Source of the DNA: Candidatus Wirthbacteria bacterium
Lineage (GTDB): Bacteria; Patescibacteriota; CG2-30-54-11
Direction of reading: 5' to 3'
DNA length: 64,000 bases
Assembly: GCA_903889905.1 (NCBI GenBank)
Contig: CAISZI010000053.1
Coordinates: 10,599-74,598, forward strand
Under the pieces are notes generated by a model. The model was given only the letters and a program-made list of their open reading frames with translations. It searched no databases and was not told the DNA's origin. Positions 55,538-63,485 of the stretch are shown here, one piece after another (the first letter of the stretch is position 1; every line of letters starts with the position of its first letter). Position numbers and translations under genes: made by a program.

Positions 55538-55720
55538 TTTTGGAAAATAGTATAAATAAACACATTAATTGTACCAGCAAAAGCCGGGGGCGACAAAGTA
55601 GGAGTCTTTTTTGTCTTTTGGCATCGATTACGGAACAGAGACAGTCAGTGGGCCTAAAAAAACATCTCGAGTCGAGGTGGTTGATTGTGTTTTGGTGAGT
55701 CACGTCGGTCTCGACTGACG

Positions 55721-55741
55721 TGGTGGGTGAGAGGGGAATTG
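55721..55741 (-). repeat. Degenerate copy of a tRNA 3' end (att-like remnant)
   Basis: CAATTCCCCTCTCACCCACCA versus tRNA-Leu CAAGTCCTGTCTCGCCCACCA (17/21 identical). Confidence 0.5.
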
Positions 55742-55943
55742 TCCCGCTGCTGCGAGACTGCGTCCTTAAATTTGGGTTCACAATGGGGGTAAACGCCTCT
55801 TGTTTTGTGGTGGGCAACCAGGTGCAATTCTGCAACACCTCGAGGATATGATGCCGCATGATTTTTCTTGCAAGCAATCCTGCTTGCAAGTCGGCCATTT
55901 CATTTAGCGACTGGGAAAAGAAAGCATCAATTAAAGACGTTCT

Positions 55944-56357
55944 CTAATTTGCTTTCATCCGGTTTGCTTTTGGTTCGTGTGTGAGCTTAGCCAGCCCGAG
56001 CGCCTCCATCAACGGCGGTATGTACATCCCGAAGCGGCCGCGAAGTCCTTTCTTCAAACCGTACCAACCTCCGACAGGATTTGTCGTTGCGCGTCCCCAT
56101 GATTCCACGGTTCCATCTTTGGCAGGTTTTTGTTCGTCGGCGCTGCCGAGCTCCATCCAGTCCCCATGCTTTTTCAGCATGGCATGCAAGTCTTCGAGGC
56201 AGCGAATTTCATAGTGCAGAGTCGTCTTTCCCACAGTACATACGAGTATTTCCTTGCCGTTTTTTTCTTCAACATGCATGGTATATTCCGATGACAATGG
56301 CGGTGTTTTGAGCTTCAGGGGATTATCTCTGGTGCCGATTTCTTCTGAATAATTCAT
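55944..56357 (-). CDS. Conserved hypothetical protein (DUF6855-like)
   Basis: LKTPPLSSEY, LGSADEQK, NPVGGWYGLKKGLRGRFGMY; GGAG RBS. Confidence 0.7.
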   Translation of the reverse strand: MNYSEEIGTRDNPLKLKTPPLSSEYTMHVEEKNGKEILVCTVGKTTLHYEIRCLEDLHAMLKKHGDWMELGSADEQKPAKDGTVESWGRATTNPVGGWYGLKKGLRGRFGMYIPPLMEALGLAKLTHEPKANRMKAN

Positions 56358-56473
56358 GATAGCTCCTTATATTGATTCTGCGGTTATATTTGCAGCATAC
56401 CATGGTTTTTTTGGGGGGGACAATGATGATCGGTAGATGCTCAGTTTGACCTTTTGTTTATCGGTAAATAATG

Positions 56474-56509
56474 AAAAAAAGAGGTGGAGTCATGACTCCA
56501 TCTCTTTTT
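56474..56509 (-). terminator. Terminator after tRNA-Leu
   Basis: AAAAGAGATGGAGTCA-TGACTCCACCTCTTTTTTT on the - strand. Confidence 0.75.
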
Positions 56510-56524
56510 AGTTTTCCTATTGTT

Positions 56525-56609
56525 TGGTGGGCGAGACAGGACTTGAACCTGCAATCCTTTTGGGAACATGCTCCTAAGGCATGCGCGTATACCATTCCGC
56601 CACTCGCCC
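56525..56609 (-). tRNA. tRNA-Leu(TAG)
   Basis: GGGCGAG...CTCGCCC-ACCA; anticodon arm CATGC-CT-TAG-GA-GCATG; long variable arm. Confidence 0.95.
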
Positions 56610-56667
56610 TCCTACGCTTCGGGAAGTCTGCTTGGTAAGCAGACAAGCTTCGGAGGGCAGGCCCTCC
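56610..56667 (+). repeat. Structured repeat, left arm of the GIY-YIG cassette
   Basis: TCCTACGCTTCGGGAA-GTCTGCTT-ggt-AAGCAGAC-AAGCTTCGGAGGGCAGGCCCTCC. Confidence 0.85.
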
Positions 56668-56736
56668 TTGGCTCAACTATCGTTTGGATCATCCGTTGAG
56701 AGTAAGATCCTCCTTGGCTCAACGACGGTTCGTAGT

Positions 56737-56982
56737 TTATGCTATCAGGTGTTTTTGTGCAAATGTTTTACCGGAGCCAATCTTGCAGTATTTTTCCAAT
56801 TCAATTGCTTTGGATTCAGTCATCACGGCAACAAAAAATACCAATTTCCAAGGGGCCCATTTGGAAGTATGGGGTGATTGGCCGGCATTGTGAGTCGCAA
56901 GACGGTTGTCCACATTATTCGTGAGGCCAATGTAGGTTTGGTCGGGATGACTTTCACTTTTAATACAATAAACATAAAACAT
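56737..56982 (-). CDS. Small stand-alone GIY-YIG nuclease (UPF0213/Slx1-like)
   Basis: FYVYCI..TYIGLT..RLATHNAG..HTSKWAPWKLV..ELEKYCKIGSG; GGAG RBS. Confidence 0.92.
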   Translation of the reverse strand: MFYVYCIKSESHPDQTYIGLTNNVDNRLATHNAGQSPHTSKWAPWKLVFFVAVMTESKAIELEKYCKIGSGKTFAQKHLIA

Positions 56983-57035
56983 GTTTTTCTCCAACAAAAA
57001 AGCCCAATTCATTTGGGCTTTTATTTGTATTCTTT

Positions 57036-57095
57036 GGATGGCCTGCCATACGAAGCTTGTCTACTTTAACAAAGTAGACTTCCCGAAGCGAAGTA
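57036..57095 (-). repeat. Structured repeat, right arm (inverted) of the GIY-YIG cassette
   Basis: On the - strand: TACTTCGCTTCGGGAA-GTCTACTTT-gtt-AAAGTAGAC-AAGCTTCGTATGGCAGGCCATCC. Confidence 0.85.
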
Positions 57096-57172
57096 TGGTG
57101 GAGCTGAAGGGATTCGAACCCTTGACCTCTTGCATGCCATGCAAGCGCTCTAACCAGCTGAGCTACAGCCCC
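57096..57172 (-). tRNA. tRNA-Ala(GGC)
   Basis: GGGGCTG...CAGCTCC-ACCA with the G3-U70 pair; anticodon arm CTTGC-AT-GGC-AT-GCAAG. Confidence 0.96.
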
Positions 57173-57342
57173 ACGGATTAGCTTGGAGTTGGGAGCGTGG
57201 AGGCGGGAAAGGACAGTATTCACTCCAGGCTCATTGCTCCATGCTCAAAACTCGCTTCGACAGTATAGTAACTTTTGGCTTTTGCGTCTACACCCAATTT
57301 GAAGTAGAGTGATTTTTGGATATTAATTACGGGATTTGAGCT

Positions 57343-58650
57343 ATGTATCCTTCACGCACACAGCGTAATGCCATGGTTTTTGATCTGGAGGCGGACAAAG
57401 ATTCTATCCTTGCCGGCAGGTTGATGGCCTGGGATGGTGAAAAAGGTCTTTTGACGGACGAAAGTGGCAAAGTTGAGTTCACCTTGGTGACGGTAGAAAT
57501 CCTCAAGGTAGGCATGATTATTGAACTTGCTGGCTGGATGGATCGGGAAGTTTTTTATGCTCAAACCGTGGTTGTTCTCAATCCCGCCTCCGGATTCGGC
57601 CAGATCCAGGGCGACATGCCCAACTGGCAGAAAGTCATTGCGGACCCGTTTGTCCGTGACAGTTTGCTGCGCCGTTCACAGGTGGTGCGCGCGGTCAGAG
57701 AATGGTTCTGGGGCAATGGCTTTGTCGAAACCGAAACGCCTTGTCTCGCACATGTGCCAGGTATGGAACCTTATCTTACGCCATTCAAAACTGAATTGAT
57801 TTTGGAAAACGGCGCACATTATCCATCTTATCTGATCACCTCGCCCGAATATGTGATGAAAAAGATTCTGGTGGGCGGCATCGAAAAGATTTTTCAGATT
57901 ACCCACAGTTACCGTAATGGTGAAACCCTGAGCTCGCAGCACAATCCGGAATTCACCATTCTGGAATGGTACCGTTCCTATGCCAGTTATCTCGACATCA
58001 TGCGTGATACCGAGGAATTGTGTGCGGCGGTAGCCAAAAAAGTCCTGGGTACGACGCAAATCACCCTGCGCGACAAGCTCATTGACCTGGCACCACCTTG
58101 GGAACGACTCACGTTTGCCGAAGCATTGGAAAAATATGCGGGTGTCAAATATGCCGAGATCGAAACGCTCGCAGGCTTGAAGCAAGTATTGAAAAGCAAA
58201 GGTTATCCCGACAGCGATGCGGATTGGGACACGCAAGTGCTGCAGCTTTTTCTGACAGAAGTTGAGCCCAATCTGGGTAACCCAAAACCTACGTTTATCC
58301 ACGATTATCCACTGTCCATGGCGGCGCTCAGCAAAAAGTCGGAAACCGATCCACGCTTTGCTGAACGCGTCGAGGCTTACATCGGTGGTATTGAACTCGT
58401 CAATGGCTTTACCGAACTTAATGACGCCGACGAACAAAAACGTCGCCTCGAGTCTGAGCGCGCCCAACGGCAACAACTGGGCAAAGATGATTACGCCGTG
58501 GATGACACGTTTATCGAGGCGCTGCAGTGGGGCATGCCGCCCGCGAGTGGCATCGCGCTGGGCGTTGATCGTTTGGTCATGTTGATTTTGGGGCAGACGG
58601 AGATCAAGAATGTGCTGTGGTGTCCGTGGGGGGAGATGTTTGAGAAGTAA
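57343..58650 (+). CDS. epmA: EF-P lysine aminoacylase (GenX/PoxA) with an N-terminal OB-like extension
   Basis: FVETETP, YLITSPEYVMKKIL, YRNGE, HNPEFTILEWYR, ELVNGFTEL, GIALGVDRL; adjacent to efp. Confidence 0.9.
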   Translation: MYPSRTQRNAMVFDLEADKDSILAGRLMAWDGEKGLLTDESGKVEFTLVTVEILKVGMIIELAGWMDREVFYAQTVVVLNPASGFGQIQGDMPNWQKVIADPFVRDSLLRRSQVVRAVREWFWGNGFVETETPCLAHVPGMEPYLTPFKTELILENGAHYPSYLITSPEYVMKKILVGGIEKIFQITHSYRNGETLSSQHNPEFTILEWYRSYASYLDIMRDTEELCAAVAKKVLGTTQITLRDKLIDLAPPWERLTFAEALEKYAGVKYAEIETLAGLKQVLKSKGYPDSDADWDTQVLQLFLTEVEPNLGNPKPTFIHDYPLSMAALSKKSETDPRFAERVEAYIGGIELVNGFTELNDADEQKRRLESERAQRQQLGKDDYAVDDTFIEALQWGMPPASGIALGVDRLVMLILGQTEIKNVLWCPWGEMFEK

Positions 58651-58662
58651 TTGCTATCGATC

Positions 58663-58753
58663 TGTCATTGCGAACTGTTCTGACAGTGTGGCAATCTAGA
58701 TGGTATTCATGTGGGAAACTAGATTGCCGCGTCGTAGACTCCTCGCAATGACA
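58663..58753. repeat. REP-like inverted pair (GTCATTGCGA...TCGCAATGAC)
   Basis: TGTCATTGCGAA..GTGGCAATCTAG / CTAGATTGCCGCG..CTCGCAATGACA. Confidence 0.85.
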
Positions 58754-58845
58754 ATTTGTAGCTGTCAGCTTTACCTCCCCTTGCACGAAACGAACTGAAT
58801 CATTATAGTAGTTGGGTCTTTAAAAAACGTCTAAACGGAGACTGT

Positions 58846-59400
58846 ATGACCACTTCGGATTTCAAAAAGGGCATGGTTATCATTTTTCAGGGCGAACCCT
58901 ATCGCATCGTGGAATTCCAGCACGTCAATCCCGGCAAGGGCAGTGCCTTTGTCCGTACCAAGATGCGTTCGATCAAACTCCCCAAACAGATTGAATTCAC
59001 CTTCAAGGCCGGTGAAACGATTGAACTGGCTGACATGCAGACCATGAATGCGCAGTACCTGTATGCCCAGGATGGCCAGTACTGGTTCATGATTACCGAT
59101 AACTACGAGCAATATTCACTGGACGCCGAAACCTTGGGCGAAAAGGTCAAATATTTCAAAGAACAGATGGAAGTAATGATCGTCATGCTGGATGGTTCAC
59201 CATTGGATATCCAACTGCCAGCCAAAATGATTTTTGAGGTCACGGAAGCTCCTCCCGGTGTGCGCGGCGACACCGCCACGACCGTCACCAAGGAAGTCAC
59301 GATTGAGACTGGAGCCACGGTGCGCGTGCCAGGATTTGTGAATGCTGGCGACAAGATCCGCATCAACACCGAAACCGGTGCGTACGATACGAGAGTTTAA
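58846..59400 (+). CDS. efp: Elongation factor P
   Basis: HVNPGKGSAFVR (modifiable Lys), PGVRGDTA, VPGFVNAGD, NTETGAY. Confidence 0.97.
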   Translation: MTTSDFKKGMVIIFQGEPYRIVEFQHVNPGKGSAFVRTKMRSIKLPKQIEFTFKAGETIELADMQTMNAQYLYAQDGQYWFMITDNYEQYSLDAETLGEKVKYFKEQMEVMIVMLDGSPLDIQLPAKMIFEVTEAPPGVRGDTATTVTKEVTIETGATVRVPGFVNAGDKIRINTETGAYDTRV

Positions 59401-59425
59401 AACCAAACGTCGAGAGTCAGGTTTG

Positions 59426-59456
59426 TAAGGGCGATGCACGAATCGCCCTTTTTTTT
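59426..59456 (+). terminator. Terminator after efp
   Basis: AAGGGCGAT-gcacga-ATCGCCCTT followed by a T-tract. Confidence 0.7.
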
Positions 59457-59473
59457 GGACAAGGAATTTAGAA

Positions 59474-60853
59474 ATGGCCAAAGTCTGGCAGGATAAACGG
59501 TTGTTGCTCTGGGTTGGGGTTTGCCTTGTTGTGGGAACGGCAATACGACTTGCCAATCTGTTTCACCTGGGATTTGTTTTTGATACCACCGAGACGCAGC
59601 ACACCTGGGCTATGTTTGCCAACCAGATGGGTTTGTTCAATTTTTGGAAAAATTATGCGGGTCCTTTTGACTATGCGCCGGGAAGTTTGCTGCTGTTGAT
59701 GGGGATCAAAGCTGTGGCCAGCTGGTTTAGCCAAAGCGCGGTGGCGTTTGTTGCCGGGATCAAACTACTCAACTGGGCGGCGGATATGAGCATAGCCTGG
59801 TGTGCTTACTGGCTGGCTCGACGCAGTGGCAATCCCCAACGCGGGATTATGGTGGCGGCTCTGGTTTATATCCTGCCGTCGCTTTGGTTTGTCTCGAGCG
59901 TGTGGGGACAGATTGATTCACCCGTGATGGCAATGGTGTTGTGGTCGGTTGTTTTGCTGCACGACGGGGTAAGCCGTGCCCAACCAGGTAAATTTTGGCA
60001 GAATCGAGTTTTCTGGTCGGGAGTTCTCTGGGCGATTGCCTACTGGATCAAGATGCAGGCGGTGCTGATATTGCCGGTGTTTATCCTGATCTATTTGAGC
60101 CAACAGGCAAGAACCAAAGTACGCTGGCATATTACTGGTATCCTGGCCGTTTGTGTACCGATGCTGGTCGTATTTATGACCAACCCGATCCGGCTGGTGG
60201 TGGTGATGGCCGGTATCTTTGGCCGTTCCAATGATATTGCAGGCGGATCGGCCACATTCTGGCCACTGATTGGGGTCACGGGCACGGCAGACCATAGCAT
60301 TATCGCTGGCCTGGGGCTCAGCGTGAATCACTTGGCATTGGTGATTTATGGCGTCGTGATGCTGTTTGTTCTGGCTAAAATCTATGGCGTGCAAATGACG
60401 CTACAGAAATCGTTTAGAAAGCATATGCAAGACTGGCACGACAAATTGCTGGAGCTCCCGAATTTGAGCAAAATCATCCTTGTTATGACCTTGAGCTCGG
60501 CCGTTTATTACCTGTTCTTTCCCAAAATGCACGAACGCTACCTGCATCCGGCGATTGTCTTTGGACTGGTAGCGCTGGCACTGCATTCGCCCAGGCGGTG
60601 GTCGCGGTTATTTAGCTTCAGCATCATTGCCATGAATATTGGCTACGCCATTAACGTCTATGGCGTGTATTACTGGTGGCAACAGTCAGCCAAATATTGG
60701 GTACAGAACAACCAGCCAGCCTGGGTGTTCCAGCTTTATCCGCTGCTGCATTTTGACCTGACGCAAGTGGCGTCGCTGCTCAATCTGGCGGGGTTGGCGG
60801 GGATGCTGCTATGCCTGCTGTCGGCCAGATCCGCCTCGAGTTTGAAGGATTAA
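59474..60853 (+). CDS. GT-C membrane glycosyltransferase (mannosyltransferase-like)
   Basis: DYAPG, SSVWGQIDS, KMQ, MHERY; about 11 TM helices. Confidence 0.75.
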   Translation: MAKVWQDKRLLLWVGVCLVVGTAIRLANLFHLGFVFDTTETQHTWAMFANQMGLFNFWKNYAGPFDYAPGSLLLLMGIKAVASWFSQSAVAFVAGIKLLNWAADMSIAWCAYWLARRSGNPQRGIMVAALVYILPSLWFVSSVWGQIDSPVMAMVLWSVVLLHDGVSRAQPGKFWQNRVFWSGVLWAIAYWIKMQAVLILPVFILIYLSQQARTKVRWHITGILAVCVPMLVVFMTNPIRLVVVMAGIFGRSNDIAGGSATFWPLIGVTGTADHSIIAGLGLSVNHLALVIYGVVMLFVLAKIYGVQMTLQKSFRKHMQDWHDKLLELPNLSKIILVMTLSSAVYYLFFPKMHERYLHPAIVFGLVALALHSPRRWSRLFSFSIIAMNIGYAINVYGVYYWWQQSAKYWVQNNQPAWVFQLYPLLHFDLTQVASLLNLAGLAGMLLCLLSARSASSLKD

Positions 60854-60939
60854 TGGCGAATTCGGGGTGGTGGCGCTTGCGGCACTTAATTAGAGCTGCA
60901 GGAAGTCAATTACTCGATTTTTATTGGCTCCACTGGCCA

Positions 60940-63339
60940 TCAATCTGTAAAGAGACGCCGGATTTCACGCAAATAAATCCGTGCCCGCGAGACGGAATCA
61001 CTAGCCGGATCAGGCTGAGCAGCGATTACTTTTTCAATACTGGCAATCACTTGTTGTTGCAATTCTTTGGGGATTGGCTGCTTGCGAGCCGTAGCGACAC
61101 TTCTCGCCCAATCTAAGACTAATCCGACAAAACGGATACCGCCATTCTCCAGAATATGCACAGCCAGGGAAAGTTTGTCATTGGTCTTGGGCAAATTGTA
61201 AATGGGCTGCTCATCCATGATCTCCCAAATCTCGGTATTCGTGGTGGGCAATTGATGAACAAAATCAATGATTGTGGCCAGGGAAGGATTTTGGGGGTCA
61301 ATCGCTTTGATCAGATCCTGCAATTTGAAACGAAAGCGCAATTTCTCCAGGCACGTAGTCGTCTCTTGCAGGTTCATTGTTTTCTGGTCGGGTTGCGCAG
61401 CGATTCCTTTTTCTATTGTTGCGAGCAATTGTTTTCTAATCGGTTGAGGCAAATCAGGACTTTTTCGTCCCATGAGGTAATCAATTCTTTTGACCGTACT
61501 CGCGATAACTGTGGTGCCTCCTTTCTCCATGATTCTCATGAAAACAGGAATTCCCTCCATGTCTATTGGTATTGCATATCCGTCAGGATTGGTAAAAAAC
61601 TTTGCCCAGGCGGCCTCGTCGTGCGCTGGCAATAACTCGACCAGTTGCTTTACCTGCTCTAGTGTTGGCTGGTTGCGATCTGTACCCCGGAACAAATCAC
61701 GCACTTTGACCTCCCAGGGTATATCGGTTTCAAAATCACGTGATTTCAACAATGTTGGATTGATCCTGATCAGGGACTTGACGTCATGTAGTCTAATGGT
61801 TACAGCTGCTTCCGTGAGCAAATCACCTCCCATACCTGGGAGATATCTGTCTTTGAGCCGTTGGGTTTTATTGATCGCTGTGTTGACCAGCAGGGCTCGT
61901 ACTTTTTCTTGATCCAGACCGCGCACATGAAGTTTTCCCGCCAGCATCATGGCGTCAACCAGTTGAAAATAATTTTGCATACTTGCCATGTATTTTTGAT
62001 ACGTTTCAGCAAAATACTGGTGCGCCTCTCTTTTTTGTTCAATGGTCAGGGTTTCGTTCAGGTACAAACTATTGTCAAATGAAACAAAAAATTCTTCCCA
62101 TTTGTCGGCACCAATGCTCGTCTCGTGGACCCAACCAGAACGATTCATAATCGCATAGCTGATTAATTCATCCTGGCCTCGTTGCGACCATGAACTGTTG
62201 AGCCAGTCAGCCAGCATTTTGTATTCAGTCACAGATTTTGCTTTTGTTAATCTGTTTTGAAAATCAGCATTTGAATCAGTCGATTTGGTTGAAAAAAAGT
62301 TATGAAACAATAAATGGTTAAACTCGTGTGTTTCGACTTGGTCACTGATTTTTTGAGATTGTTTTTGTCCTTGATTGAGAACGATGATTTTGCCTGCCAA
62401 AGCCTCTGAATCTGATGACGGGAAAAACAGTCCCAATGTCGGTATTTTTTGATTATTTTTCTGCTCGACAACGTCATAATCGGTTTTTTCAAGACGAATG
62501 ACCAAGCCGATCGGTAGCCACTGAATGGTAGGCTGATGCTGGATTTGAATCTTGAACAGTTGCTCGACCAGTTGTTTGGGATCGTCCGGCAATTGCGTCC
62601 GGACTTCGACAACTTCACGGCGGGCCTCGATAAAATGTGTGATCGCCAAGCGCAGCGAACTTCGCTGCTGCTGTGACAGATTCTGCTCCATTTCGGCTTC
62701 ACTTTTACCGCCAGTGGCTACGTGCATCAATTGCTCAAAAAGAGCCTCGTCGGGCACCTCATCGAGGGAATCCATTTGCTCCCGTACAAAGTCAACAAGG
62801 CTGACAGTGATGTCGGCCGCCTGATCAATTTCACCGAAATACTTATTCTCTTTATTGCTTCTTTGTTTTTGCCGTAGTGCTCTTAGCTGACGGGTCAATT
62901 CCATTTGTTGTTTTTCCGGCAAGGGAAACCCAAAATGTGCGAATTTATCTTGCAAAGTTACTTTTTCAGCCACACATTGCTGGCGAAATTCTTGGTCATA
63001 GGCCGCTTCTGGTTCGGCGAAAATAGCAGCCGAACGCACGATCTTCTCATCTTTTCCCAATTCTGTCGCCAGCGTCCGGGTCAGCTCAAGCGCGGCAGGA
63101 GAATATGGGTTGATCCTGATCATCTGTCCCCATTCTTGCAGGTTTGTATCCGATTGAAATCGTTTTTTAAGTTCCAGCATCTGACGCATCGGTTCCCACA
63201 GTTCCACTGACGGATCATTCAATTCCGTCGCAAAGGAATCATCGATTTCATAGCCATCCGTCAACCGACGACTTGTTTGATTGACTGCTGGTCGCCCCAG
63301 TTCAGCCCAATCGATCTGACTGATTTCACCGTCGTTCAT
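60940..63339 (-). CDS. Large hypothetical protein with an HExxH motif and a duplicated C-terminal helical domain
   Basis: ETHEFNH ... DELISY; two repeats ending TIEKGIAAQPD and SIEKVIAAQPD. Confidence 0.75.
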   Translation of the reverse strand: MNDGEISQIDWAELGRPAVNQTSRRLTDGYEIDDSFATELNDPSVELWEPMRQMLELKKRFQSDTNLQEWGQMIRINPYSPAALELTRTLATELGKDEKIVRSAAIFAEPEAAYDQEFRQQCVAEKVTLQDKFAHFGFPLPEKQQMELTRQLRALRQKQRSNKENKYFGEIDQAADITVSLVDFVREQMDSLDEVPDEALFEQLMHVATGGKSEAEMEQNLSQQQRSSLRLAITHFIEARREVVEVRTQLPDDPKQLVEQLFKIQIQHQPTIQWLPIGLVIRLEKTDYDVVEQKNNQKIPTLGLFFPSSDSEALAGKIIVLNQGQKQSQKISDQVETHEFNHLLFHNFFSTKSTDSNADFQNRLTKAKSVTEYKMLADWLNSSWSQRGQDELISYAIMNRSGWVHETSIGADKWEEFFVSFDNSLYLNETLTIEQKREAHQYFAETYQKYMASMQNYFQLVDAMMLAGKLHVRGLDQEKVRALLVNTAINKTQRLKDRYLPGMGGDLLTEAAVTIRLHDVKSLIRINPTLLKSRDFETDIPWEVKVRDLFRGTDRNQPTLEQVKQLVELLPAHDEAAWAKFFTNPDGYAIPIDMEGIPVFMRIMEKGGTTVIASTVKRIDYLMGRKSPDLPQPIRKQLLATIEKGIAAQPDQKTMNLQETTTCLEKLRFRFKLQDLIKAIDPQNPSLATIIDFVHQLPTTNTEIWEIMDEQPIYNLPKTNDKLSLAVHILENGGIRFVGLVLDWARSVATARKQPIPKELQQQVIASIEKVIAAQPDPASDSVSRARIYLREIRRLFTD

Positions 63340-63485
63340 GGTTGGTAAGTAATAATAATCATCGGATTATTATACCATATATGGCGTCCAGACGGGCGGG
63401 GTGGATTTGGACATGTGTGGTACAATTATTGTCCCCTGCTCCGGCCTGGGGTCGGATTGGGATTAAAATATATTGGGAGAAAGCT

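Noticed and set aside
48860-56524. Prophage or autonomous integrative element at tRNA-Leu
   Set aside because: No integrase, transposase or phage genes were found; only an att-like remnant.
56610-56723. CRISPR array
   Set aside because: Only 2-3 short degenerate units, no unique-spacer array and no cas genes in the window.
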